A stretch of 64,000 nucleotides of DNA from Candidatus Bathyarchaeota archaeon (lineage in GTDB: Archaea > Thermoproteota > Bathyarchaeia > TCS64), in assembly GCA_963771885.1 (NCBI GenBank), contig CAVYVF010000002.1, positions 352,001 through 416,000 on the forward strand. The letters run 5' to 3'. A model generated the notes under the pieces. The model had not been told where the DNA came from, did no database searches, and saw nothing but the letters and a program-made list of their open reading frames with translations. Positions 29,111 through 39,582 of this stretch are shown one piece after another. Made by a program: the position numbers and the translations under genes. Numbering within the stretch: position 1 is the first letter of the stretch; every line of letters starts with the position of its first letter.

Positions 29111-29892
29111 GAATGCAGAAAACCATGCGACAGTTGGTCCTCGACTCACCCACGTTGGAGGCGGCAATCACCGCTGTTAAGTCCGGAATATCTCATAAGA
29201 AGAACATAATAATAGCAGGGTTGTGCACGGTTGAGTACGAGGGGCGCGCCAACTCGAGCTTAGGCTCCGGTGAGCGGGTCGCCTTCTTCAAGCCGGACGG
29301 CTCGGCGCTCATCCATCGCCCTAAGGAGTACGCACCTGTGAACTGGCAACCCCCCGGAAGCCTATTTCAGACCAAGCTGAAAAAGGAGGGGCTCGTCATC
29401 CGAGTTTACCGGAGGAAGGATCATGAGGTAATGGAGGTCACTTTCACAGAGGTCATCATGGTCTCCGTGCTAGATCTGAGAGACGCGGGAGAGTTCACCC
29501 TTTACGCAACGGAGAGCGACATGCAACAGGCTATACTTATCCAACCCTCTCTCCTCGAGAAGGGGTTCAGGCCGATATCAAGCGAGCGTCCTGTGGACCC
29601 GGGCTTCATAGACATCCTCGGGATGGACAGGAACAACGTACTTACCGTTGTCGAGTTGAAGAGGGTTAAGGCGACGAAGAAAGCTGTGCTTCAGCTGAAG
29701 AAGTACATGGATGTAATCAACCTCGACTCAAGCAGGAAGGTAAGAGCGATCCTAGTGGCTCCCTCTTTAGCCGAGGGCGCCCTTGAGGTTATCGCGTCTC
29801 TCGGGTACGAGTTCAAAGCTCTGACACCTCAACATTGCACTGAGGTTTTGAAGAAGCGAAGCGGTAAGCAGATCACCGACTTTTTCAAATAA
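29107..29892 (+). CDS. nucS: Endonuclease NucS/EndoMS
   Basis: C.VEYEGRA.S.L, KPDGS.LIH, PVNWQPP, GFIDILG.D, VVELKR, QLKKY. Confidence 0.93.
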   Translation: MRMQKTMRQLVLDSPTLEAAITAVKSGISHKKNIIIAGLCTVEYEGRANSSLGSGERVAFFKPDGSALIHRPKEYAPVNWQPPGSLFQTKLKKEGLVIRVYRRKDHEVMEVTFTEVIMVSVLDLRDAGEFTLYATESDMQQAILIQPSLLEKGFRPISSERPVDPGFIDILGMDRNNVLTVVELKRVKATKKAVLQLKKYMDVINLDSSRKVRAILVAPSLAEGALEVIASLGYEFKALTPQHCTEVLKKRSGKQITDFFK

Positions 29893-30112
29893 TCATGCGG
29901 TATGTTACGAAATTATGAGACGATACTAAGTAATTTGATGATAATACTCCATTATCATTGTAGGATGAACTGCGGGAGCACGCGCAGACCCCCGAGGTGT
30001 TCTTAGGTTTAAAAACCTAGAATGATTAGAGCGAACACGGGTAATGATGTTAATGGGTGACGCATCGAGCGACCTTATAGAATCGGCTCGGTTGAGGTGG
30101 AGCGATTATGCG

Positions 30113-31309
30113 TTACTTAATTATTTTGAGCTCTTTTCCGATCGTTTCTAGTTTCGATATCACGTCGTCCATTTGCTCGCGGGTGAGCTTTGCGCTCATT
30201 TGTACTCTTATCCTCGACCTATCTTTCGCCACCATCGGGAAGACTATGGGGACTACAAAGACGCTCCTCTCGTATAGCTTGTCTGCGAGTGATTTCGCCT
30301 TATGGCTCTCACCTACGATAATGGGAATAATAGGTGTCTGGGACATGCCGGTGTTGAAGCCGAGGTCCTCAACCGCCTTCTTGAAGTAGCGAGTATTTTT
30401 CCAGAGGTTTTCGATGTGTTGGGGCTCCTTCTCGAGTACGTCGATGGCTGCTATAGTCGAGGCGACTACGGAGGGTGGATGGGAGGAGCTTAGAAGCCAC
30501 GTGCGGCTCTTGTTCCAAGCGAATTTCACTAGGTACTCGGAGCCTGAGACATGTCCTCCGACCGTACCGTAAGCTTTGCTGAATGTGCCCATCTCAACCT
30601 GTACCTTCCTGTGGTCGAGATGATAATGACTGACGATTCCCTTTCCCTTGTCGCCAAGGACTCCTTCGCCATGGGCATCGTCGACGTATACCATCGCGCC
30701 GTGCTCTGCCCCGAGCTTAGCCACAATATCGAGGGGGGCGATGTCGCCATCCATGCTAAAGACGCCGTCTGTGATGATGAGTATTCTCCTGTACTGGAGC
30801 TCGTGCTTCTCGGCCTCGTCAAGTACGCGGGAGAGGTCGGCCATGTCGTTGTGCTTATAAACGGCTCTGTCGCCTTTCGCGAGACGGACGCCGTCAATAA
30901 TACTGCCGTGGTTGAGCTCATCACTGATTATCAGGTCTCCTTCGCCTACGAGCTGAGGGATGAGGCCAGAGTTAGCTTGGAATCCAGTGGGGTACGTGAG
31001 GGAGGACTCGGCGCCTTTGAACTTTGCGAGCCTCTTCTCCAACTCCATGTGGAGATCCATTGTCCCTGAGATCGCCCTCACAGCGCCGGAGCCGACGCCG
31101 TACTTCTTGACGGCGTCTATCGCTGCTTGCTTCAGCTTAGGGTGGGTCGTTAGTCCGAGGTAGTTGTTGCTGCAGAGGATCAGCACGTCCCTACCGTCAA
31201 CCTTGGCGAAAGGCTCGCTAGGCCCCTGTATTGTCTTCATCCTCCAGTCGAGCGCCTTGTCGACCAGTTCCTTGTACTCAGTCTCCAGGAAGCCCTTTGG
31301 ATCCCTCAT
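30113..31309 (-). CDS. kbl: Glycine C-acetyltransferase (2-amino-3-ketobutyrate CoA ligase; AONS family)
   Basis: CSNNYLGL, SDELNHGSIIDG, TDGVFSMDGD, DDAHG, GTFSKA; divergent from tdh. Confidence 0.85.
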   Translation of the reverse strand: MRDPKGFLETEYKELVDKALDWRMKTIQGPSEPFAKVDGRDVLILCSNNYLGLTTHPKLKQAAIDAVKKYGVGSGAVRAISGTMDLHMELEKRLAKFKGAESSLTYPTGFQANSGLIPQLVGEGDLIISDELNHGSIIDGVRLAKGDRAVYKHNDMADLSRVLDEAEKHELQYRRILIITDGVFSMDGDIAPLDIVAKLGAEHGAMVYVDDAHGEGVLGDKGKGIVSHYHLDHRKVQVEMGTFSKAYGTVGGHVSGSEYLVKFAWNKSRTWLLSSSHPPSVVASTIAAIDVLEKEPQHIENLWKNTRYFKKAVEDLGFNTGMSQTPIIPIIVGESHKAKSLADKLYERSVFVVPIVFPMVAKDRSRIRVQMSAKLTREQMDDVISKLETIGKELKIIK

Positions 31310-31410
31310 GAAAACACCTGGTTGATCTCAACAGACTCTTCTTTTACGTTTTTTCCTTTATAGAAGATGTTATCTAGATTTAGGTGCGGATCTATGTCCG
31401 AGGGGCTTGC

Positions 31411-32369
31411 TTGGGCCGCGATTTTAGCAGGATCCTTGTGACGGGCGCCTCTGGCCAGATCGGCTCTGAACTCGTTCCGAAGCTGAGAGTCATGTTTGGG
31501 AATGATAACGTCGTCGCTTCGGATGTAAAGGATCCTGTAGTCGACGATGGGCCGTTTGTGCGTCTCGATGTTACTGACAAGGAGTTGATGGGGAAAATTG
31601 TTGATGAGTACGATGTCGATGCGATCATTCACCTCGCAGCACTACTCTCTGCTTCGGGTGAGCAGAGGCCCCATCTGGCTTGGAAGATTAACCTCTCAGG
31701 TCTCTACAACGTCCTCGAGATCGCCCGGATCAAGAGCCTGAAGCGAGTCTTCCACCCCAGCTCTATCGCAGTCTTCGGGCCGGAGACTCCTAGGGAGCGT
31801 ACGCCCCAGGAGACTGTTCTTAGGCCGAAGACGATGTATGGGATAACTAAGGTCACGGGGGAGCTCCTTGGGGATTATTATTACCACAAGTGGGGGGTGG
31901 ATGTTAGGGGAATTAGGTTCCCGGGGATAATCAGCAACATTGCCCCCCGGGGGGTGGGACGACGGATTATGCCGTAGAGATATTCTACGAGGCGATTAGG
32001 GCGGGGAAATATACAAGCTTCCTCAGACCGGACTCGACACTCCCGATGATGTACATGCCCGATTGCCTGAGAAGTGTCGTCCAACTGCTCGAAGCCGACG
32101 CATCCCGGCTAAAGCATCACACTGACTTCAACCTCAGCGCATTGAGTTTCTCACCTGCTGAACTCGCAGACGAAATCAAGAAGAACATTCCCGGGTTCTC
32201 GATCGAGTATAAGCCCGATTACCGTCAGGCTATCGCAGATTCCTGGCCTAAAGATATCGACGACTCGGCGGCGCGCGAAGAGTGGGGTTGGAAGCCAGAA
32301 TATGACCTCTCAGCCATGGTCGAGGACATGTTGAAGGTTCTCAGTCGGCGCCTAGGAAAAAGTGCATAG
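31411..32369 (+). CDS. tdh: L-threonine 3-dehydrogenase (SDR type), one frameshift in this sequence
   Basis: ILVTGASGQIG, HLAALLSA.GE, PSSIAVFG, YGITK. Adding one C in the run at ~31945 restores PGGGTTDYAV..PMMYMPD..RQAIADSWP. Confidence 0.87.
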
Positions 32370-32416
32370 TAATTTAATAATTAGGCTTTTCGTCTCATTA
32401 TTATGGTGCATTTAAT

Positions 32417-33409
32417 CTAATTTTTCTGGATTTTCTTCAATTCCGGGTTAACTGGGTTTGGCGGTTCTCTTCCGGTCAGTACCGAGACGATGTTCGTTGC
32501 AGCCATCACCGCCATAGCAGTGCGTGTCTCGATGCTCGCGCTCGCTATGTGTGGGGTCAACACTATGTTGTCGAGTTTTATGAGAGGGTTTACCGGATCT
32601 ATTGGTTCCTTCTCGAACACGTCGATGCCAGCACCTGCTATGACTTTGTCTCGCAGTGCCTCGAATAAGGCATTCTCGTCGATGACGGGTCCCCTTGACG
32701 TGTTTACGAGGTAGGCGGTCCTCTTCATTTTGGCGAACTCGGCTTTTCCTATGAGATGATGGGTTTTCTCGTCTAGAGGTGTGTGTACGGAAACAAAGTC
32801 GGAGTTCGAGAGGAGATCACTCAACGTGGCGTATCTGACCCGGTCGTTCTCTATTTCAGGCAGACGTCTGGGGTCGTAGTAGATTACCTTCATGTCAAAG
32901 CCCTGGGATCGCTTCATCATAGCCATCCCTATTCTGCCCATGCCGACAATACCTAGAGTCTTGCCGTGGACGTCACCACCCATGAACATCTTTGGACCCC
33001 AGGCGTGCACCCATCCTTTCGACCTTATATTTCGGTCGCCTTCGGCTATTCTCCTTGCTGAAACCATCAAAAGTGCCCATGCGCAGTCCGCGGTCGTCTC
33101 GGTTAGTATACCGGGTGTGTTTGTCACCCAGATGCCGCGTCGGGTGGCTTCGGGAACGTCTATGTTGTTGAAACCGACGGCGTAATTACTGATCACCTTC
33201 AGTTTTTTGCCTTGATCCATAAGTTCCTCGTCGATTTTCTCTGTTAATAGGCAGAGTAGTCCATCGGCGTTTCTTACTTTTTCTAGGAGAAGCTGGCGTG
33301 GGACTGGGTTATTCTCTCCATTGAAGACTTCGACAATACAGTTTTTCTCAAGTATATCCATAGCAGATTTAAAGAGCTGTCTTGTGACGTAGACATATGG
33401 CTTCGCCAA
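32417..33409 (-). CDS. gyaR: Glyoxylate reductase / D-glycerate dehydrogenase (D-2-hydroxyacid dehydrogenase)
   Basis: NYAVGFNNID, TNTPGILTETTAD, GIVGMGRIG, NTSRGPVID, TPHIASAS. Confidence 0.87.
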   Translation of the reverse strand: MAKPYVYVTRQLFKSAMDILEKNCIVEVFNGENNPVPRQLLLEKVRNADGLLCLLTEKIDEELMDQGKKLKVISNYAVGFNNIDVPEATRRGIWVTNTPGILTETTADCAWALLMVSARRIAEGDRNIRSKGWVHAWGPKMFMGGDVHGKTLGIVGMGRIGMAMMKRSQGFDMKVIYYDPRRLPEIENDRVRYATLSDLLSNSDFVSVHTPLDEKTHHLIGKAEFAKMKRTAYLVNTSRGPVIDENALFEALRDKVIAGAGIDVFEKEPIDPVNPLIKLDNIVLTPHIASASIETRTAMAVMAATNIVSVLTGREPPNPVNPELKKIQKN

Positions 33410-33507
33410 AGTATTTCATATAGTCTAGATCCTCCCGCCTTTTTATCATTTTTTAGGTTTTGAGGGGCAATTTTAATATTCAGAAAAAAACTGAATATTG
33501 TTTGGTC

Positions 33508-34236
33508 ATGTATTCAATGGACAAAGATGAGAAGGCGCCGGAGCTAGACTCGCTATTTGATGGATCATTAAGACCACTACATAGCAAAAATGCTCGTCGT
33601 ATATTCGATGCATTCTATGACAACAAACATCATGAACACTTAACGACTCATGACTTGGAGAACCTACTCGAGGAGCGGGGCTTCACGATAAGCAAGAAGG
33701 AGATCAACGCTTGGCTCGTGTCGCTTCAAGAGGCGGGGCTAATTTTAAAGCTAGAGGGCCGTGGAAAGCCGGTCGCCTCGGAATACAGTGATAGGTACAC
33801 ATTCGATCTCTGGCAGCTATCAGAAGCAGGAATAAATCTACGCCAGAGACTCAGATACCTCGTGGACACAAAAGAAGCATCGACGCTACCTAAGCTGGGC
33901 GAACTGTCACCAGAGAAGATTTCTGACATTGAGGACCTATACTTCACGTCGATGATACTCCTCCTACTCCACGATAACGGGGGTAGCATGAGTTATACAG
34001 AGTTGAGGAAACGGCTCGCCTTAGACAGGGAGAAGCTGGCGGTTTACTCGTGGCCGGACACGTCATACTCGGAGAAGCCCCTATTCGAGATTAAGGTCAT
34101 GCCTCCCACCCTGCGGACGAGGGCATTCAAGCTATTCGGGTGGGTGATAGAGGACGATCTCACGTTCACCCTCACCGAGGAGGGGCGAGCTATGGCGGAG
34201 ACCATCCTAGGGAATGCCGAGAAGCCTGAGACATAG
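33508..34236 (+). CDS. Hypothetical protein with two probable winged-HTH domains
   Basis: EINAWLVSLQEAGLI..W.LSEAG and MSYTELRKRL..FTLTEEGR wHTH-like signatures. Confidence 0.6.
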   Translation: MYSMDKDEKAPELDSLFDGSLRPLHSKNARRIFDAFYDNKHHEHLTTHDLENLLEERGFTISKKEINAWLVSLQEAGLILKLEGRGKPVASEYSDRYTFDLWQLSEAGINLRQRLRYLVDTKEASTLPKLGELSPEKISDIEDLYFTSMILLLLHDNGGSMSYTELRKRLALDREKLAVYSWPDTSYSEKPLFEIKVMPPTLRTRAFKLFGWVIEDDLTFTLTEEGRAMAETILGNAEKPET

Positions 34237-34237
34237 T

Positions 34238-34282
34238 TTATGTCTCAATTGTTGAAGGTACACTATTCTTAAGGCATAAAAG
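34238..34282 (+). repeat. Dispersed intergenic repeat, copy C
   Basis: TTTATGTCTCAATTGTTGAAGGTACACTATTCTTAAGGCATAAAA. Confidence 0.6.
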
Positions 34283-34468
34283 ATGCACCCCGATTCTTAA
34301 CAGGGAAGGTTAAAAAACGCGCTGATCGATCGGCATAATTTCACGTCTAGTGATGGTGTCTAACTGACTATAAAGCCACCCTAAAAATGCCGGACGCAAA
34401 TCATGACCATACATCTTTCGAGCCCATTATCCCAATCATTATAAGACCTCGGCGGCTAAAAACGATGG

Positions 34469-35731
34469 ATGAGCGCCTCAAGCGAAGTAAGGGACACTAG
34501 AATATCAAACGGTCTGCGAGTCGTGACAGAGGAGATGCCCGAGTCAAAGTCGGCCTCGGTAGGCATCTGGATCGACGTCGGTTCACGGGACGAGGCGGAG
34601 CCATTCTGGGGGTGCTCCCACTTCATGGAGCACCTGCTCTTTAAGGGGACCGGCCGAAGGTCAGCGAAGGAGATATCGACGGTAATCGAGGAACGAGGCG
34701 GCTACCTGAACGCCTTCACGGATAGGGATATGACCTGCTACCACGCCAAGGTGCTGGCCGCCGATCTCCCATTAGTCGTCGACGTGTTATCCGATATGGT
34801 GCAGAACCCTCTCCTCAGGACCGAGGACATAGACATGGAGCGCAAGGTCGTCCTCTCCGAGATCGATAGCAGAGACGACGACCCGGGTGACCTGATACAC
34901 GACCTCTACTTCGAGACTGCATGGGGCGCAAACGGGGCGGCGCACCCGGTCCTCGGCGAGAAGAAGACACTCAATGCCGTTGACCGGGACGCGGTGAGCC
35001 GCTACTTCTCGGAGCACTACTCCCCCGGAGACATGGTTGTGACGGCGGCGGGGCGCGTGGAGCACGACAAGCTAGTCGACGACGTAGAGAGACACATAGG
35101 CGCAGTCAAGACCGCTTCCAAGACGAAGAGGGCGAAGCCAGTCTTCAAGCCAAAGAAAGTATATGTCCCACGCTCATCCAGCCAGGTCCAGGTCGCCTTA
35201 ACAGCCAAGGGCACAGCCTACAGAGATGAGGAGAGGGACGCGCTACAACTCATCTCATCCTACCTAGGAGTCGGGGCGAGCTCAAAGCTCTTCCAGGAGG
35301 TCAGGGAGAAGAGAGGCCTCGTCTACTCCATCTTCAGCACGAACTACTCTCTCGGAGACGCGGGGCTCTTCACTATATTAGCGGGGACCCAGGACAGGTT
35401 CGTCGAGAAGCTGCTAAAGATTGAGTTAGAGGAGTTAGCTAACCTAGGAAAGGGATTAACACCCAGTAAACTGGAGAAAGTGAAACATAAGACTGTGGGA
35501 CTCTCGGTCCTCCGCTCCGAGAGCTCGGAGAGCAGGATGATACAACTCGGAGTCTCCACGCTGAGGCGGGGCTCCCCGAAGACGCTCGCAGAGGCGATAG
35601 ACGGGCTCAGATGCGTAGCGAGGGAGTCCATCATGAAGTGCGCCGAGGACAAGTTCCCACGGGAGGAACTGAGCCTGACTACACTCGGCATATCGAAGGA
35701 GACGACGAAGAGGGTCGAGGAGCTCTTCTAG
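34469..35731 (+). CDS. M16 family (pitrilysin-like) zinc peptidase
   Basis: NGLRVV, VGSRDE, HFMEH inverted zinc motif, NAFT, SSKLFQEVREKRGLVY. Confidence 0.93.
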   Translation: MSASSEVRDTRISNGLRVVTEEMPESKSASVGIWIDVGSRDEAEPFWGCSHFMEHLLFKGTGRRSAKEISTVIEERGGYLNAFTDRDMTCYHAKVLAADLPLVVDVLSDMVQNPLLRTEDIDMERKVVLSEIDSRDDDPGDLIHDLYFETAWGANGAAHPVLGEKKTLNAVDRDAVSRYFSEHYSPGDMVVTAAGRVEHDKLVDDVERHIGAVKTASKTKRAKPVFKPKKVYVPRSSSQVQVALTAKGTAYRDEERDALQLISSYLGVGASSKLFQEVREKRGLVYSIFSTNYSLGDAGLFTILAGTQDRFVEKLLKIELEELANLGKGLTPSKLEKVKHKTVGLSVLRSESSESRMIQLGVSTLRRGSPKTLAEAIDGLRCVARESIMKCAEDKFPREELSLTTLGISKETTKRVEELF

Positions 35732-35960
35732 CCCCTGACAACCGGGGTCGATGTGTCCCAAAGGTGCTTGAAGTAGCCGCGGGAGATCATGTTCAGACCC
35801 ACGTGGTCGCTCCAGATGGCGAGATTCTCCTTCTCCGTCCCCTGGCTGAGCAGGAGCATCGTCTCGTGCCCATCCGCCACGAGGCCGCCGAACATGTCGT
35901 CGCGTATCCTCACCTCGGTCACGGCGAAGATGGCATCGGGTAGGGACTTCTCCGCAGCGC
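35728..35960 (-). pseudogene. 3' remnant of a TrmB-family regulator (C-terminal effector domain)
   Basis: EVRIRDDMFGGLVADGHE.MLLL..AIWSDH.GL..I.R.YF..LW; no N-terminal HTH. Confidence 0.6.
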
Positions 35961-36498
35961 GCGCGTGGGGCACTTGAAGAATAAGGAGTACGTCGAGTTC
36001 AACGCTCACCCGCACTGCGGCATGTCGAACCTCATCATGGAGGGGGATACCGTCGAGCCGATCACGAAGTACCTCAACGTAGACGGGCTCGTCGCCTCCA
36101 TCGACTCGGCTAATGAGTGATTCGACTCGGGCAAGACGACGACCGCCAAGGCGTCCGCAGTCACCGGCGTCATGAAAAACGTCAAACTCGGCACCTTCCA
36201 GAAGTACCTGCTTCCCGTCTTCGCCAACGGCAGCTACGATAGCCTCAGCAACCTACACCACAATATGCTCATGATAGGCTCGATGCACTTCATGGACCCC
36301 TACAACTTCGACATCGAACGAGTACAGAAGTGTGTCGTACACTACGCGACGCCGGACGGCAAAATCGTACCATTCTGCACCATGAACGCGCTCCAAAGGG
36401 CCTCGACTGAGAAGTTCGCGCAGCCCCTGGACGAGGCGAGGAACACGCCCCTCTACGATGTTGAAGCGTTGAAAAAGAAGTTACTAAGTGAGGGTTAG
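35960..36498 (+). pseudogene. 3' remnant of a radical SAM tetraether lipid synthase (Tes/MJ0619 family)
   Basis: VEFNAHPHCG, MHFMDPYNFDIERVQKCVVHYATPDGKIVPFCTMN. The CxxxCxxC domain is missing and there is an in-frame TGA at 36118. Confidence 0.75.
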
Positions 36499-38183
36499 CT
36501 CTTCAAGACAGCACCCTTATCCGCTGATGTGACGAGGGCGGAGTACCTGACGAGATAGCCCTTCTTCACGGTGGGCTCAGGCGGGGTCCACTTCGCCTTC
36601 CGCTTAGCAAGTTCCTTTTCAGAGACCTTGAGTTCGAGTGTCCTGTTGGGGATATCGATTGCGATCTTGTCCCCATTCTCAATGAGGGCGATAGGTCCTC
36701 CTGCGGCTGCCTCAGGAGAGATGTGGCCGATACACGGTCCCCTCGACGCACCGGAGAACCTGCCGTCGGTTAAGAGGGCGACTTGCTCGCCCATGCCGAT
36801 TCCTACAATGGCGCTCGTTGCGACGAGCATCTCGCGCATTCCGGGTCCGCCCTTTGGACCCTCGTACCTTATGACGAGGACGTCGCCGGGCTTGATCTCG
36901 CCCCCGTAGATGGCGGCGACGGCGGGCTCCTCGTGCTCGAAGACTCGGGCGGTTCCCTCAAACTTCCACATCTTGGGGCTTATCGCCGCCATCTTTGCTA
37001 CTGCGCAGTCGGGGGCAAGGTTACCCTTGAGGATAGCTATGCCGCCCTGCTCGTGGACGGGGTTGTTGAGGGGCCTGATTACCTCCTCGTTCGTGATAGC
37101 GGCGCCCTTGAGGTTCTCCTTGAGGGTCTTGCCTGTGGCGGTCACGACGTTTAGGTCGAGATGCTTCTGTAACCGGCTCATAACGCCGTGGATTCCTCCG
37201 GCGTGGTGCAGGTCCTGTATCTTGTAGGGTCCCGCGGGGGACATATTGCAGAGATGTGGCGTCTTCTTACTTATCTCGTCGAAGAGCGTTAGGGGCAGGT
37301 CGTAGCCGAGCTCACTCGCGATTGCTTTTAGGTGTAGGACTGTATTCGTTGAGCCGCCGAGCGCCATGTCGACGGTGATTGCGTTCCTGAAGGCTTGCTC
37401 GGTCATGATCTTGCTGGGGGTGATCCCTTTCTGGAGGAGTTCCATGACCTTGGCACCCGCCTCAGTGGCGAGCCTCTGCCTCTCGCTTCCGGTGCTCTCT
37501 GCCGTCGCCATGCCGGGGAGCGTCATCCCGATTGCCTCGGTGAGGCACTGCATTGTGTTGGCGGTGAACATGCCACTGCAGGCGCCGGCGCTCTGGCAGC
37601 AGATGTTCTCTAGGTACTTCGCCTCGTCCTTGGTCATCTTGCCCGCCTTGACGAGGGCCGTCGCCTCGAAGAGCTCCTGAACGGTGATTACCTTGTCCTT
37701 GTATTTACCCCAGGTGGGGCATCCACCCTCCATGGGTCCGCCGAGTACGAAGATTGTGGGGATGTCGAGGCGTGCGGCGGCCATGAGCATTCCTGGGTCG
37801 ATCTTGTCACAGGTGGTCATACAGACCATGGCGTCGAAGCCGTGCGCCTCGACCATTATCTCGAGGCTGTCGGCGACGATGTCGCGGCTGGGGAGGCTCA
37901 TCCTCATGCCGGCGTGCCCCATGACGATCCCGTCGCAGACGCCGATGGTGTCGAACTCGAGGGGGGTTCCGCCGGCTTGGGAGACGCCGTGTTTCACGAA
38001 CTTGGCTAGCTCGTTGAGGTGTATGTGTCCGGGGTTTATTTCGTTCCACGAGTTGGCTATGGCTACGAGTGGTTTGCCGAGGTCGGTGTCGGTGAGTCCG
38101 ACTCCCTTCATGAGGCTTCTCTGGCTTAGGCGTTCGTCTCCGTCGAAGACCTTCCTACTTCTGTGGCGAGTGTCCGCGGTCAT
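36495..38183 (-). CDS. ilvD: Dihydroxy-acid dehydratase
   Basis: [54 protein letters not shown]. Confidence 0.95.
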   Translation of the reverse strand: MTADTRHRSRKVFDGDERLSQRSLMKGVGLTDTDLGKPLVAIANSWNEINPGHIHLNELAKFVKHGVSQAGGTPLEFDTIGVCDGIVMGHAGMRMSLPSRDIVADSLEIMVEAHGFDAMVCMTTCDKIDPGMLMAAARLDIPTIFVLGGPMEGGCPTWGKYKDKVITVQELFEATALVKAGKMTKDEAKYLENICCQSAGACSGMFTANTMQCLTEAIGMTLPGMATAESTGSERQRLATEAGAKVMELLQKGITPSKIMTEQAFRNAITVDMALGGSTNTVLHLKAIASELGYDLPLTLFDEISKKTPHLCNMSPAGPYKIQDLHHAGGIHGVMSRLQKHLDLNVVTATGKTLKENLKGAAITNEEVIRPLNNPVHEQGGIAILKGNLAPDCAVAKMAAISPKMWKFEGTARVFEHEEPAVAAIYGGEIKPGDVLVIRYEGPKGGPGMREMLVATSAIVGIGMGEQVALLTDGRFSGASRGPCIGHISPEAAAGGPIALIENGDKIAIDIPNRTLELKVSEKELAKRKAKWTPPEPTVKKGYLVRYSALVTSADKGAVLKS

Positions 38184-38490
38184 GGGGTGTTAGGGCTTGT
38201 TTTATGGATATATGTCTTAGGTGGTCATCCGTTTTGACTAGCTTTTGGACACGATGGAGGGGCTGTAAGAGATATCGCCCCTCTTTGTGATCGGGATCCG
38301 TTTCAGGGTTTACCGTGCAATCCTCCTCCCTTTTGATGTGATCGTCCCCTTTTTGGCCTATGGCTGTGGATCGTGTCCCACGTTTTGTATGGGTGTTAAA
38401 TGCGCCATTGGTGATGGGTGCCAGATATGCAATATCCGGAGTGATGGTGCACTCGTTTTGCATGTTTCACGTTGTTTCTCAGGCGTCTCT

Positions 38491-38531
38491 TTTTACGCCT
38501 TTAATAAATGAACCTTCAAGATGATGGACGC
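38491..38531 (-). repeat. Dispersed intergenic repeat, copy D
   Basis: Minus strand GCGTCCATCATCTTGAAGGTTCATTTATTAAAGGCGTAAAA. Confidence 0.6.
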
Positions 38532-38533
38532 GA

Positions 38534-39131
38534 ATGCCGTCCAAGTGGGTCGAAAAGGGGATAACGCGCCTGACACCATCTGATCTCGTGAACACCCCTG
38601 ATAAGAGAGAGGTCAAGGCGAACTATGACCAGTTGGGCGGGGGGCTATACGATCTCAGGTACAGGGAGGAGCAGGACCGCAAGTACGACCCGGCCCTGCT
38701 CATGAGCCGGCCTAGGGAGTATGATCTTCTCCTCGACGATGGGTGTGGAACGGGGATGCTCATGGCGAGGCTGGACTCGTCTACCGTCGGGTTGGACCTC
38801 ACCCCGAGCTTTCTCGAAGCGGCCAGGCGAAAGCTGCGAGAGGGCCACCACCTGGTCCTCGGGGACGCGGAGCACCTACCGATACGAGGCGGTGTCTTCG
38901 ATGGGGTGTACGCCATCACCCTCATACAAAACACGCCCGACAAGACCCGAGCCGTCTCGGAAATGAGCCGAGTCGCGAGGAGCGGCGGGCGCATTCTCGT
39001 CACGGCGCTCAAGGTCGTCTTCGATAAGGATTTTCTCATCGACCTTCATAGAGGATGTCGGGTTGGGGAATGTCAGCGCCGTCGGCGACACCGACATAAA
39101 CGACTGGATCGTCTACGCTGAGAGGCCGTGA
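38534..39131 (+). CDS. Class I SAM-dependent methyltransferase, C-terminal frameshift in this sequence
   Basis: LLDDGCGTG, VGLDL, LGDAEHLP, FDGV, EMSRV. Removing one T at ~39045 gives IEDVGL..NDWIVYAERP*. Confidence 0.85.
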
Positions 39132-39223
39132 ACCCACGAAAAAGTTCGAAATTACAGCCAGTTCAGAAGGTTTTTATAATCTCCCCCTTGGCTCATATAT
39201 GAATCTCCAAGGGTGTAGCATCG

Positions 39224-39514
39224 ATGGAGCCTAGTAAGAAGCCGCTTAACGTACTCATCAAGAGCGTCGGAGCAAACGTTACAATCAACCTCAAGGGCCA
39301 CGGGGAGTACTGGGGTAAAATGACACGCGTTGACGGCTACATGAACATCATGCTCAAAGGAGCGAAGGAGTACGACCAGAACGGCCTCGTCGCCAACTAT
39401 GGTGACGTCTTCGTCCGAGGAAACAACGTCGTCTACATCTGCATAGACCCCGCGTCGCCACCGAACCCCAAGGGTAAAGCCGGCAAGGGCGAGGACGACG
39501 ACGAATCCCCATAG
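39224..39514 (+). CDS. Sm/Lsm family RNA-binding protein (SmAP)
   Basis: KPL..L, V.I.LK, G....VDGYMNI.L, YGDVFVRGNNVVYI. Confidence 0.92.
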   Translation: MEPSKKPLNVLIKSVGANVTINLKGHGEYWGKMTRVDGYMNIMLKGAKEYDQNGLVANYGDVFVRGNNVVYICIDPASPPNPKGKAGKGEDDDESP

Positions 39515-39582
39515 ACGACGTCTACGCGGGTTTTAACAAGGTATTTTGTACTAGTTTACCCTAACCTAATTGGTGTGAAACT

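Noticed and set aside
36118..36120. In-frame TGA as selenocysteine or readthrough
   Set aside because: Not at a Cys position, the gene lacks its 5' two thirds, and TGA is a normal stop elsewhere in the window.
38563..38590. Resemblance of AACGCGCC..TCTGATCTCG to eukaryotic 5S rRNA
   Set aside because: Under 30 nt, no 5S terminal helix or remaining structure, and it lies inside an ORF. Treated as chance.
38555..38604. BHB-type mRNA intron in the methyltransferase gene
   Set aside because: The possible central helices (GGGG/CCCC, AGGG/CCCT) give 38- or 40-nt excisions that break the frame, and the flanking helices do not pair.
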